A DNA stretch of 64,000 nucleotides from Octopus vulgaris (Eukaryota): NCBI GenBank assembly GCA_951406725.2, contig OX597814.1, positions 92,690,001-92,754,000 of the forward strand, read 5' to 3'. Position numbers and translations under genes: made by a program. A model generated the notes under the pieces. The model saw nothing but the letters and a program-made list of their open reading frames with translations, had not been told where the DNA came from and ran no database searches. Every line of letters begins with the position of its first letter. Position 1 is the first letter of the stretch. This document shows, piece after piece, positions 39,722 through 52,200 of the stretch.

Positions 39722-42700
39722 ACTTCAATCTAAAATATCAATATTTTAAAATATACAAATAATAATTTTAAAATAATTAAAGTATGAATGAAAAAATATA
39801 AATATATAATCCTTATATAACCTATATATAATCCATATATAATCAATATATAAACAATATATAAACTAAAATAAACCTATCAACAATTAAATATAAAATA
39901 TAAAATATAAAATATAAAACAAAACAAAAAAATAATAATAATATAATAATAAACTATATATACACCCATACACATATACCTAATTATATATAACCATATC
40001 TAACTACATACACTAAATCACACACCTATATATATATCCCTATACATACACATAAAAACGTCTAGGCAACTAAAAATAAATAAAATAGCTAAATACTTCA
40101 ACACAATACTTATTCATACTCCCACACACACACACATACAACCCACATTCACGCTCTAGAAAACGGACATCACTCAAAATTATGAACGGAGAAATGGAAT
40201 AAATGGAATTAAAAATTATATTCACTTGGTAAAACGAACACTACTTAAAAATTATGAATGAAACAATGCAATAAAACAACAGACATCGCAAATATACACA
40301 AATTACTACGAATTCCTTAACAAACCTACCATGATAAACCAAAACTCACAAAAACATATAATGATAAAATCTCCCTTTACTAAACTCTAAAACATACCTA
40401 TATAGCAATCCCCCTAACCTAAAAATTCACACACAAATACACACACGTAAACCACACACCCACGACATATACAAATACCCACACCACTTACACATACCAA
40501 TACATACATATAAACCTCAACATATACTCCAAAAACCCACTCAACCCCACACAGACAAATAAACACAAAAATTATGAATGGATTCTTTTATAAAACTACC
40601 ATGATAAGCTAAAACTCACAAAACAGAAATGATAAAACCTCCCTTTACTAAACACTATAACATACTTATATAGCAATCCCTTTAACCTATACATTCACAC
40701 ACAAAAACACACACGTAAACCACACACCCATAACAAATACAAACACCCACCCCACTCACACACACCCACAAGTACATATAAGCCTCAACATATACACCAA
40801 ACAAAATTACTTTACCAAGAACTTAACATATGTATAAAAAGTATAACCGCTCTGGAAACGAACATCTCTAAATTAATGAATGGAGAAATGGAATAAATGG
40901 AATTAAAAACAATATTCACGTGGCAAAACGAACACCACTCAAAAATTATGAATGAAACAATGTAATAAAACAACCAACATCGAAAATAGACAAATTACCA
41001 CGAATTCCCTAAAAAAACCATGATAAACCAAAACTCCCAAAAACATATAACGATAAAATCTCCCTTTACTAAACTCTATAACAAACCTATATAGCAATCC
41101 CCCTAACCTAAACATTCACACACAAATACACACACGTAAACCACAGACCCACGACTTATACACATACCTATACTAACTTATAAACCTCAATATACACCAA
41201 AACCCACTCCCTCCCCACACAAACAAATTAACACATACATCCCAAAACCTAAATAACAAACCCATATACACATTCACACACAAACACACACACACGCAAA
41301 ACACACACACACAACAGATACATATACTCCCTCACATATACGCATATACATACTCACTAAACTCGATATATACAACAATATTTACACACCCACACTCATA
41401 CAGATAAATAAATTATACAACTAAAAACTCACACACAATCTCATATACATAAACACTCCTATGAAAACAACATTAAATACATCGTAATTAACCAGATTAT
41501 CAAAAATAACAATATGACATAAGGATAAATAAAATACATACTTACAAGTCAGTTTCAAATTATAAAGTGAAATTAAATTCTTAGCCGTTAAAAAAATCAA
41601 ACCAAAATTACGTTACCATAGAAATAACTTATGTAAAAAAAGAATACGCGTCATGGAAAGTAAACGTCATTTAAAATTATGAATGGAGAAAAAGAATAAA
41701 TGGAACTAAAAACTATATCCACGTGGCAAACCAACACTACATAAAAAAATTTATTATGAATGGATTCTTTAAAAAACTACCATGAAAAATCATTATATAC
41801 ATTTATGAGCTTTATCTCACCTTAGCAGCTCTAACAAACAACTTGCAGCAACCCAAACCTATTCTCGATGCCTACCTCACTACTACACTATTCCACTCAC
41901 AATTCCAAGCAACACTAGTCCACCACCCGGTTACAATTCCCAACTCCACCCATTCATTCACAATTTCAACGACGTTCGCCTCCACAGCGCTACATATAAG
42001 CCTCAACATAAACACCGGAGAATTACATCCGTGCGGATGGGTGAGAGTAATTCCTTAACAAACCTACCATGATAAACCAAAACTCACAAAAACATATAAT
42101 GATAAAATCTCCCTTTACTAAACTCTATAACATACCTATATAGCAATCCCCCTAACCTAAACATTCACACACAAATACACACACGTAAACCACACACCCA
42201 CGACATATACAAATACCCACACCACTTACACATACCAATACATACATATAAACCTCAACATATACTCCAAAAACCCACTCAACCCCACACAGACAAATAA
42301 ACACAAAAATTATGAATGGATTCTTTAAAAAAACTACCATGAAAAATCATTATATACATTTATGAGCTTTAGCTCACCTTAGCAGCTCTAACAAAAAACT
42401 TGCAGCAACCCAACCCATTCTCGATGCCTACCTCACTTCTACACTATTCCACTCACAAATTCCAAGCAACGCTAGTCCACCACCCGGTTACAATTCCCAA
42501 CTCCACCCATTCATTCACAATTTCAACGACGTTCGCCTCCACAGCGCTACATATAAGCCTCAACATATACACCGGAGATTCACTTTCACATCCGTGCGGA
42601 TGGGTGAGAGTATACATTGAGTGTAGTGATGGGGCTCCCATTACTATACACATTTGTACCTGTGTGGTAGTCTCCATGTGTATATTCACGCACGGGTATA

Positions 42701-45133
42701 AATGCAGGGGGTACACGCGCACGTCATTAGCGTGTACCCCCTCACATGTACATATGCATGCTATTTGGGCTCGATATATGCAACATGGTAGGTTTGTTAA
42801 GGAATTACTCTCACCCATCCGCACGGATGTAATTCTCCGGTGTTTATGTTGAGGCTTATATGTAGCGCTGTGGAGGCGAACGTCGTTGAAATTGTGAATG
42901 AATGGGTGGAGTTGGGAATTGTAACCGGGTGGTGGACTAGTGTTGCTTGGAATTGTGAGTGGAATAGTGTAGTAGTGAGGTAGGCATCGAGAATAGGTTT
43001 GGGTTGCTGCAAGTTGTTTGTTAGAGCTGCTAAGGTGAGATAAAGCTCATAAATGTATATAATGATTTTTCATGGTAGTTTTTTAAAGAATCCATTCATA
43101 ATAAATTTTTTTATGTAGTGTTGGTTTGCCACGTGGATATAGTTTTTAGTTCCATTTATTCTTTTTCTCCATTCATAATTTTAAATGACGTTTACTTTCC
43201 ATGACGCGTATTCTTTTTTTACATAAGTTATTTCTATGGTAACGTAATTTTGGTTTGATTTTTTTAACGGCTAAGAATTTAATTTCACTTTATAATTTGA
43301 AACTGACTTGTAAGTATGTATTTTATTTATCCTTATGTCATATTGTTATTTTTGATAATCTGGTTAATTACGATGTATTTAATGTTGTTTTCATAGGAGT
43401 GTTTATGTATATGAGATTGTGTGTGAGTTTTTAGTTGTATAATTTATTTATCTGTATGAGTGTGGGTGTGTAAATATTGTTGTATATATCGAGTTTAGTG
43501 AGTATGTATATGCGTATATGTGAGGGAGTATATGTATCTGTTGTGTGTGTGTGTTTTGCGTGTGTGTGTGTTTGTGTGTGAATGTGTATATGGGTTTGTT
43601 ATTTAGGTTTTGGGATGTATGTGTTAATTTGTTTGTGTGGGGAGGGAGTGGGTTTTGGTGTATATTGAGGTTTATAAGTTAGTATAGGTATGTGTATAAG
43701 TCGTGGGTCTGTGGTTTACGTGTGTGTATTTGTGTGTGAATGTTTAGGTTAGGGGGATTGCTATATAGGTTTGTTATAGAGTTTAGTAAAGGGAGATTTT
43801 ATCGTTATATGTTTTTGGGAGTTTTGGTTTATCATGGTTTTTTTAGGGAATTCGTGGTAATTTGTCTATTTTCGATGTTGGTTGTTTTATTACATTGTTT
43901 CATTCATAATTTTTGAGTGGTGTTCGTTTTGCCACGTGAATATTGTTTTTAATTCCATTTATTCCATTTCTCCATTCATTAATTTAGAGATGTTCGTTTC
44001 CAGAGCGGTTATACTTTTTATACATATGTTAAGTTCTTGGTAAAGTAATTTTGTTTGGTGTATATGTTGAGGCTTATATGTACTTGTGGGTGTGTGTGAG
44101 TGGGGTGGGTGTTTGTATTTGTTATGGGTGTGTGGTTTACGTGTGTGTTTTTGTGTGTGAATGTATAGGTTAAAGGGATTGCTATATAAGTATGTTATAG
44201 TGTTTAGTAAAGGGAGGTTTTATCATTTCTGTTTTGTGAGTTTTAGCTTATCATGGTAGTTTTATAAAAGAATCCATTCATAATTTTTGTGTTTATTTGT
44301 CTGTGTGGGGTTGAGTGGGTTTTTGGAGTATATGTTGAGGTTTATATGTATGTATTGGTATGTGTAAGTGGTGTGGGTATTTGTATATGTCGTGGGTGTG
44401 TGGTTTACGTGTGTGTATTTGTGTGTGAATTTTTAGGTTAGGGGGATTGCTATATAGGTATGTTTTAGAGTTTAGTAAAGGGAGATTTTATCATTATATG
44501 TTTTTGTGAGTTTTGGTTTATCATGGTAGGTTTGTTAAGGAATTCGTAGTAATTTGTGTATATTTGCGATGTCTGTTGTTTTATTGCATTGTTTCATTCA
44601 TAATTTTTAAGTAGTGTTCGTTTTACCAAGTGAATATAATTTTTAATTCCATTTATTCCATTTCTCCGTTCATAATTTTGAGTGATGTCCGTTTTCTAGA
44701 GCGTGAATGTGGGTTGTATGTGTGTGTGTGTGGGAGTATGAATAAGTATTGTGTTGAAGTATTTAGCTATTTTATTTATTTTTAGTTGCCTAGACGTTTT
44801 TATGTGTATGTATAGGGATATATATATAGGTGTGTGATTTAGTGTATGTAGTTAGATATGGTTATATATAATTAGGTATATGTGTATGGGTGTATATATA
44901 GTTTATTATTATATTATTATTATTTTTTTGTTTTGTTTTATATTTTATATTTTATATTTTATATTTAATTGTTGATAGGTTTATTTTAGTTTATATATTG
45001 TTTATATATTGATTATATATGGATTATATATAGGTTATATAAGGATTATATATTTATATTTTTTCATTCATACTTTAATTATTTTAAAATTATTATTTGT
45101 ATATTTTAAAATATTGATATTTTAGATTGAAGT

Positions 45134-45176
45134 CCACCTGAAGATTGTCGATCAAGACAAGAAACGATTGTAGTGG
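45134..45176 (+). ncRNA. Type-I hammerhead ribozyme motif (right arm)
   Basis: CCAC CUGAAGA UUGUC-GAUCAA-GACAA GAAA C-GAUU-G UA GUGG: complete core, stems I and II, minimal stem III, predicted cleavage after GUA (45172). Confidence 0.82.
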
Positions 45177-45354
45177 CGGTTTTTTTGACTATTTATTAAA
45201 ATTTTATGTATTGATTAAGTCTTTCCTTGTTTGTTTTGCAAAATAGTGGTTTTGTCTCTAATAATATTTTATAATATTTTACTATAAAATTGGATTTAAT
45301 CCTAAATCTGATTTTTTCCATGTAATTTTGGATTTATTCCCTAATATTTATTAT

Positions 45355-45443
<89 letters not shown>

Positions 45444-47039
45444 GATGGGCATCTTTCAGTTTCTGTCTACCAAACCCACTCACAAGGCTTTGGTCAGCCC
45501 GAGGCAATAGTAGAAGACACTTCCCTAAGGTGCCACACAATGGGACTGAACCCAGAACCATGTGGTTGAGAAACAAATTTCTTACCACACAGCCGCTCCT
45601 GCACCTAAAATTACATAAAAATATTTTGAAATACTAAAGAGTATTTCAATAATATTGTCATTGGCTTCAACCACACCCTCCAGACGACTTCAGAATCTCC
45701 TGCAACTATTCCGGATTGTCTCCTTATTTAAATTGACAAATGCTACCATTATCCTTGCCTTCAGTTCATCTTTGGTGTTACAAGGAGTTTTGTTGGTCTC
45801 TCACTCAACTGCACCCCACACATAATAATCAAAGGCCCTGGTTTAGGAAGTTAAGCTTCAAGCATGTATACAGCTAGTATAGATGACAAAAGATGGACAG
45901 TATATGATAAAATAAGTTTATTAACCATCATAAGTTACACACTTTGTCCTATATAGAAATCAAAGGAATTTTCAATAAGCTGCCAATCAGTATACAACTC
46001 ATGATTTAGCAACCTTTGCCATTTTCTAGCTTCTAAGATATATATTTTGGGATAGTCTATATTCTTTCTTCACTCATTTATTATTGCTCTTATTTTAACT
46101 GATGTCTATTGTCTTTTGACACACATCACAGTGACCTCTTCAGTGACACTTTCTATCTTCATGTATGTTCCTGCTCCACTTAATCCATTCACACAGACAA
46201 TGGACATCAGTTAAAATAAGAACAGTAATAAATGAGTGAAGAATGAATATATAATGCGTGTGTTTATTCAGCAAAAAGAAAGAAAACAAAAGACCATCCA
46301 GAAATATAGTAATATCTGTTTCAACACTTGATTTCACATCAGGAATCTTGCAATACAAATTCACACACACACATATTATCAAATATGCATACTCAATACA
46401 TGTATGTTTTGCCTATTTGCCAGTAGGCTGAAATTTGGCATGAGCCCACCAGCAAATAAGCAAAGCACATCTATTGAGTATGTGTGTTCAATAATGTTTA
46501 CAGCACTAGCACAGCTTCTAATTTATATTTGAATACATATATACATGTACACACACTCATGCGAAATCAGACTGGATTGTAGTGCAGCTTCTCAGCTTGC
46601 CAGCTCTGGTCAAGCCATCCAACCTATGTCAGCATGGATGATGGACATTAAATGATGATGATGATAATGATATACATATATTCTTTTATTCTTTTATTTG
46701 TTTCAGTCATTTCAGTTGAACAGGACTTATTCTTTGTAAGCCTAGTACTTATTCTATCGGTCTCTTTTGTTGAACTGCTAAGTTATGGGGGATGTAAGCA
46801 CACCAACATCAGTTGTCAAGCGATGGTGGGGTACAAACATAGAAACACAAACACACACATACATACACACACACACATACGACGATCTTCTTTCAGTTTC
46901 CATCTAATCTACTCAAAAGCCTTTGGTCAGCCCGAGGCTATAGTAGAAGACACTTGCTCATGGTGCCATGCAGCGGGACTGGACCTGGAACCATGTGGTT
47001 GGTAAGCAAGCTACTTACCACACAGCCACTCAAAGATAT

Positions 47040-47400
47040 ATATATATATATATATATAAAACTGAGAATGTGTGTGTGTGTGTGTCTGTCTGTCTGTGTG
47101 TTTCCCTAAAACTTGAGAACTACACAACCAATTTCATTCAAATTTTACACATGCCTTACTTAGGGTCCATGTAATTTCATGGGCAAAAAAATGTTCAACT
47201 TCTTGCCTAGAGCGAGCCCATAGCAATATCATATCTTCTCCACTATTTCAGTATTACGTGTTAAAAGTGAAACAAAAACATTTCTCTATTTTATGTCAGA
47301 TACTTTCAGTTTAACAATAAAAATAATAATAACAATTGAATTATATGTAGTAAGTAATAATTAAAATCAAACTTAAGTATAATATTATCGTAACATAACA
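47040..47400 (+). mobile_element. Helitron-like non-autonomous element, 5' part
   Basis: (TA)n AAACTGAGAAT(GT)n(CTGT)n...CAACCAATTTCATTCAAATTTTACAC; a possible hairpin/CTAG-like end lies at ~58693-58736. Confidence 0.45.
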
Positions 47401-47776
47401 AAAGTAAAAATAGCAATTGGTATAAAATTGCATCAATGACTTGAACTTGAATCAGTGGTTTCACATGAATGGGAATAAATAAAAAATAAAATTTAAGTGC
47501 AGAAATGGAATAGTCCAGATGGAGGTGTGCACGGCTTTTACATTAGATTATTTGCTAATTAGCTAGCATTAAGCATTCTACTGAGTACCGCTTCTGTTAA
47601 TTGCGTTATTTTTCTGTTTGCGTTGTGAGAAAATTGCTGCTCCCATTTAAGAGAGTCGAAGTTGTGAATTTATTGTTTGTACCAACTGCTTTGAACAGTG
47701 CCCGTTGTGAAACGGTGATTTTCGCCCTACGGGGCAGAAAATTTTGTATTATTTGAAATTTGCTACCTTTGAGGTG

Positions 47777-48831
47777 ATGGAGTTCGACTTAACGTCGAAG
47801 GACGATTTTCCCGTGATGGGAAAAGGTGAAACCATGGAAAACCCAGTAACCAAACAGTCATTCTCGGCCGCGGTGGGCGGCGCTATGATAGAGGTCGAAT
47901 TCAAGATCGAACAGCTGTATGAATACAGGAATCTTGTAAAGGTGGAAGGAGGAGAGATAAGGCTGGTACCGCCGCAAGCGAAAGTGCAAGAAATCAAGGA
48001 AAGGATTGTAACTTATAAAGTGTATAGCTTTAAGGAAAAAAAGATTATGGACGCGAAAAACGAAATTGTTGAGAAGTGCCTGTCCCCGGTGTGGGACAGA
48101 ATTCGTCACATCGCGAGAGGCGCACGTAGTGCTACGGTAGAGGTGCACTTCGACACGGCAGAAGTGGCGAAGGAGGTGTCGTCGTTAACCTTAAAAAGCG
48201 ACGACATCATGTTGTTACCCTCGTATATGGGGAAACGAACTGCAAAGTTAGTGGTAGATGACATACCCAGAGGGTACGACATCATGTGGGTGGCAGCGGC
48301 GGTACTACACAACATGGAGCGGGAAATTTCAATTCTGCAAATGAGAAGGAAGGAAGTGGTACGCTGGAAGGGTCAGACCTTGGAACTCCTCGTACAGGCA
48401 GAGAACAAGATCTTGGAGAGCCTGCCTGACAGAATTTTTATGAGGACGGCACGTCCATGAGAGTGTCGGTGGAGGGACGTAGACCCAGATGCTTCAAGTG
48501 TGGAGAGAAGGGTCACGTCCGGTCCAACTGCATTAAGAAAAAAAGAACAGAAGAAACGCCTCCTCAAAGTGTACCTGTCACTGAAGGGGAGGAAACAAGC
48601 AAGAACAACCAAATGAAGAAGACAAGTACGGAAACGAAAACGGATTCAAAAGAACCAATGGACTACACACAAGTCACACACAAAAGAAAAAAGAGAACAC
48701 CCAGGACTCCCCTCCCCAAACAAGGAAAAAAACAACAAACACAGCAGACACACACATTAAACAAATCCCCCAACCCTACCCCCATGGCACTGTTTTCATT
48801 GGAAAACAGTTTGCCAAACCCCTCCCCATAA
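47777..48831 (+). pseudogene. ORF1 (gag-like CCHC protein) of copy A, broken by a 1-nt deletion near 48440
   Basis: ORFs 47744-48460 and 48457-48831 join to match copy B ORF1; TTTTTATGAG here versus TTTTTAATGAG in B; motif CFKCGEKGHVRSNC. Confidence 0.88.
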
Positions 48832-49199
48832 AACAAGACATCAAAAAGTGCATATCGAAAAACGAAAGAATTATAGCCTTTGATGAAAAAAATGAAAAAG
48901 TTTACAAATGCTGCAAACTCGCGAGATTTCCACTGTATAGTAGAACCTCAGATGGGAAGGCGACCGCTCGTTTCGCGAAGGTAGGGGAGAACGAGTGGAA
49001 GGAGGAGGTTCTTCAGGAACACCTGAGGAACCGTCTTATTAGAGATGTAACCAAGGAGGTAATGGAGGGTAAACTGGCAATAACTCCGGCAACCACACCC
49101 ACCCAGAGCCCAGTGGCAACGCCGGTCAAGAACCCTGCAGCAACGGAAGAAAGGGAAGCAGGCAGATTGAAACTGTCATGCTCCCTCTCGCAACCGTGA
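48585..49199 (+). CDS. Open -1 frame overlapping and extending ORF1, copy A (not in ORF track)
   Basis: 615 nt without an internal stop: ...PHGTVFIGKQFAKPLPIKQDIKKCISKNERIIAFDE...EWKEEVLQEHLRNRLIRDV...SLSQP*, ending 28 nt before the ORF2 ATG. Confidence 0.7.
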   Translation, partial: RGGNKQEQPNEEDKYGNENGFKRTNGLHTSHTQKKKENTQDSPPQTRKKTTNTADTHIKQIPQPYPHGTVFIGKQFAKPLPIKQDIKKCISKNERIIAFDEKNEKVYKCCKLARFPLYSRTSDGKATARFAKVGENEWKEEVLQEHLRNRLIRDVTKEVMEGKLAITPATTPTQSPVATPVKNPAATEEREAGRLKLSCSLSQP

Positions 49200-49227
49200 G
49201 TATATACATTTCCTTCTCTCACCCACA

Positions 49228-52200
49228 ATGGCTAAGCTGGGCTGTATAAATGTACGTGGAATGGGGTCGAAACGGAAACAAATTTGTTTCCTGAACGACC
49301 TCACGACACACAGTGTAGATATTGCTATTGCAACCGAGTCCAAGATGAGCGAGACCCAAGCGTTCTCGCCTCTTCTAAATGGTTTCGAGAAATTTATTTC
49401 TCCTAGCCGAGGAAGAGGCAGAGGCGTGGCAGTCTTCATCAGGAAGAGCTTGGACTTGCAGGTAAGTACTGTCTTTCTGGACCCAGAAGGCAGGCTGGTT
49501 GTCCTGGATGTGACTCACGTAAGTAAACAGTCCTTCAGGTTGGTAGCTGTCTACGCCCCGAACGAGGGTAGACAGACGGGTTTTTTCCGGAACCTGGAGC
49601 CCTTTTTAGCGACGTCGAAAACAGTAATCCTAGTAGGGGACTTTAACACTGTCCTTGAAGCGCACATCGACAGTGTTGGCTCAACCAATAGGAAGGGGAA
49701 CCCTAGCCTCAAGGGTCTACTAGAGAGCTTTGATCTAGTGGACCGTTACCGACTGGATGAGCCGAGCGTTCCACAGTGGACGTGGAGTAACAACGACGGC
49801 TCACACAGATCGTATCTAGATAGGATATTTATTAAGAAAAGAGATAAGGATACGTTTAGTTGTCCACAATTTCATATTGTACCTTACTCGGATCACAAAT
49901 TTGTGACGTGTGAGGTGCAATTAGACAAGTGTCATAGACAGGGACCCGGGTACTGGAAGCTGAACAAGGCTATTTTGAATTGTGAAGACTTCCGTACCCG
50001 GATTAAGGTGTTAGTTCAGAGGGCATTGTGTGGCACCATCATTAACAATAGATGGTGGCACGCCCTCAAAAGAGCCATTCGTTTAGAGTCCGTCAGATTT
50101 AGCAATCAGCTAAGGATAGATAGGGCTAGTCTAGAGGGCGATTTAGTCAAGAATCTAGACGAGGCAATGGAAGCTGGCTCTGCATCCGGAGTGTTGGCGG
50201 CAAGGACGGTATTGTACCGTCACCTTAACTCCAAGTACGAAGGTTGCAGAGTCAGAGCTAAGCTGCGTGCTGGGAAACGAGAAGGTATTAACGTGGCCGG
50301 ATGGGCCCGTCGTGTGGAGAGTAAGAGAGGCAATAGAGCCTCAATTAAATCTTTGACTGACGAACAGGGACAAAAGATCTATGGACAGGAGGAGATGCAA
50401 AAGTTTCTTCACCAGCATTTCGCTCGCGTGTTCGGGGGTGGTGGTTCGCTGGATCGGGGGAGGGCCTTAAAGGACTTCCTGGCCGGCGGACCGCGGCTCG
50501 CGGGGCGTGAAGTGGAGTGCTGTGAGGGAGCGATCACTCCCGCGGAGATAAAGGAGATACTGGCCGGATGCGCCGGGGAGAAGTCGCCGGGGTTGGATGG
50601 TCTGCCCTATGAGTTTTACCAAAGTATGCCGGACTTGTTCGGGGGAATACTGGCAGACGTCTACACGAACTGGCAGCAGAATGGGAGAATCCCCAGTTCT
50701 GTAAGCCGGGGAGTGGTGACGCTAATCCAGAAAGACCCGAGCAAGGGGGATAATATTAGTAACTACAGGCCCATAACTCTACTTAATGTAGAGTTAAAGA
50801 TTCTGGCCAAGGTGTTAGCAAAAAGGTTGACGGTTGTCGTGGAGAAACTTGTAGGGAGAGCACAGACATGTGCAATTCCAGGCAGGTCGATCCAGGACAA
50901 TCTTCACCTTATACGCTACACCTTAGATAGGGTGGGTAAATTAGCCGGCAAAGGTGGGGTAATGGTCCATTTAGACCAAAGTAAAGCCTTCGATAGGGTA
51001 GACCATGGGTACCTGGCGACGGTCCTCGAAGCGACTGGGCTGGGCCCTGAATTTCGCGGGTGGATCTCCGCTATGTATAGCGGCATCAAGTCCACCGTCC
51101 AGATAAACGGTTACCTAACGGAACCGTTTTCGATCAAGTGTTCAGTGCGTCAGGGGTGCCCCTTGTCACCACTTTTGTACGTATTGGCTCTTGAGCCACT
51201 GCTGCGAAAGTTGGAGAGGCTGGGGAGTAACTCGGATGAAATCGGAGGTGGGAGGACGGTTACTGCTTACGCGGATGACGTCACCCTCATCGTGTCCAAA
51301 GAGGCCCAACTACCTTGTGTGGAGGAGGTTATCAGAGGATACGAGGCGGTGGCAGGAGCAAAGGTTAACAAGGACAAATCGGTTGGCTTGCGCCTCGGCA
51401 CCTGGAGGAGCAAGCCGATATCGTCCAGTGTCGTGGGACACTGGACGGATGGCCCTGTTAAGTTGCTGGGAGTTTGGTTTGGACCAGACTCCCAAACGGA
51501 GAAGAACTGGAGCGAGGTGACGAGCAGGGTGGAGGCCATAGTACGGACCTGGTCCGGAAGGTCTCTGTCCCTGAAAGGAAGGGCGGAGGTGGTGCAGATG
51601 TTTATTGCATCTGTAATCACCTACCGCCTGACCGTTGTCCCTTGCCCCGATTCATGGCTTAACAAGTTGGAACGAATCCTTTTCCGCTTTTTGTGGAAAG
51701 GAGGAAAGCCACTTGTGAGACGATCCGTTTGCTGCCAAGAACCGTTAAAGGGCGGGTTAGGGATGCCTTGGTTGATGATGCGCAGACATGCGTTGAGGCT
51801 AAGGCACCTCTGGCACCACCTGGAGGGTGATAAGGTGTGGAGTCCGCTGGCAGAGGGATTTTTCCCGAGACCGGCCTCCTTAGTTAATTTTAAACCCGTT
51901 TACATCAAAAGATGGAAACTGACTCCATGGCAAAAAGAGTGCCGACAGGCACTCACGCTGATCCACAAGACGGGTAAGGCCGGCTGCGGAAATACCACCT
52001 CGGTATTTTATAGAGGGCTGGTGGAGGTAAAAAATGACGACGTCCTAGGAGGGGCTCTGGGGTTTGATGAAGACCAGCTCGCCAACCTGTTTAAAAAAAC
52101 TTTCAGGTCGGGGTATTTGGATAATTTCCAAAGATCCCTGGCCTGGCAGTGCTACAGGAATGCTTTACCTGTTCGCGAGAAGTTATCGCGGCACGGAGTT

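Larger units (their letters stand above)
39582..45355. mobile_element. Non-coding Penelope-like element as a head-to-head palindrome
   Basis: Arms 39582-42071 and 42784-45273 (2,490 bp each) are reverse complements; 712-bp spacer; ~80-bp tail 45274-45355 on the right arm only; sits in (TA)n; hammerhead near each outer end. Confidence 0.8.

Noticed and set aside
41843-43012. ORFs at the palindrome centre as Penelope GIY-YIG or RT remnants
   Set aside because: Only a faint CIYRAQI resemblance; no YIG or RT motifs; open frames explained by base skew.
47587-47595. ACCGCTTCT resembling the U2 snRNA 5' end (ATCGCTTCT), suggesting Keno-like U2 targeting
   Set aside because: Similarity stops after 9 nt and no other U2 sequence flanks the elements.
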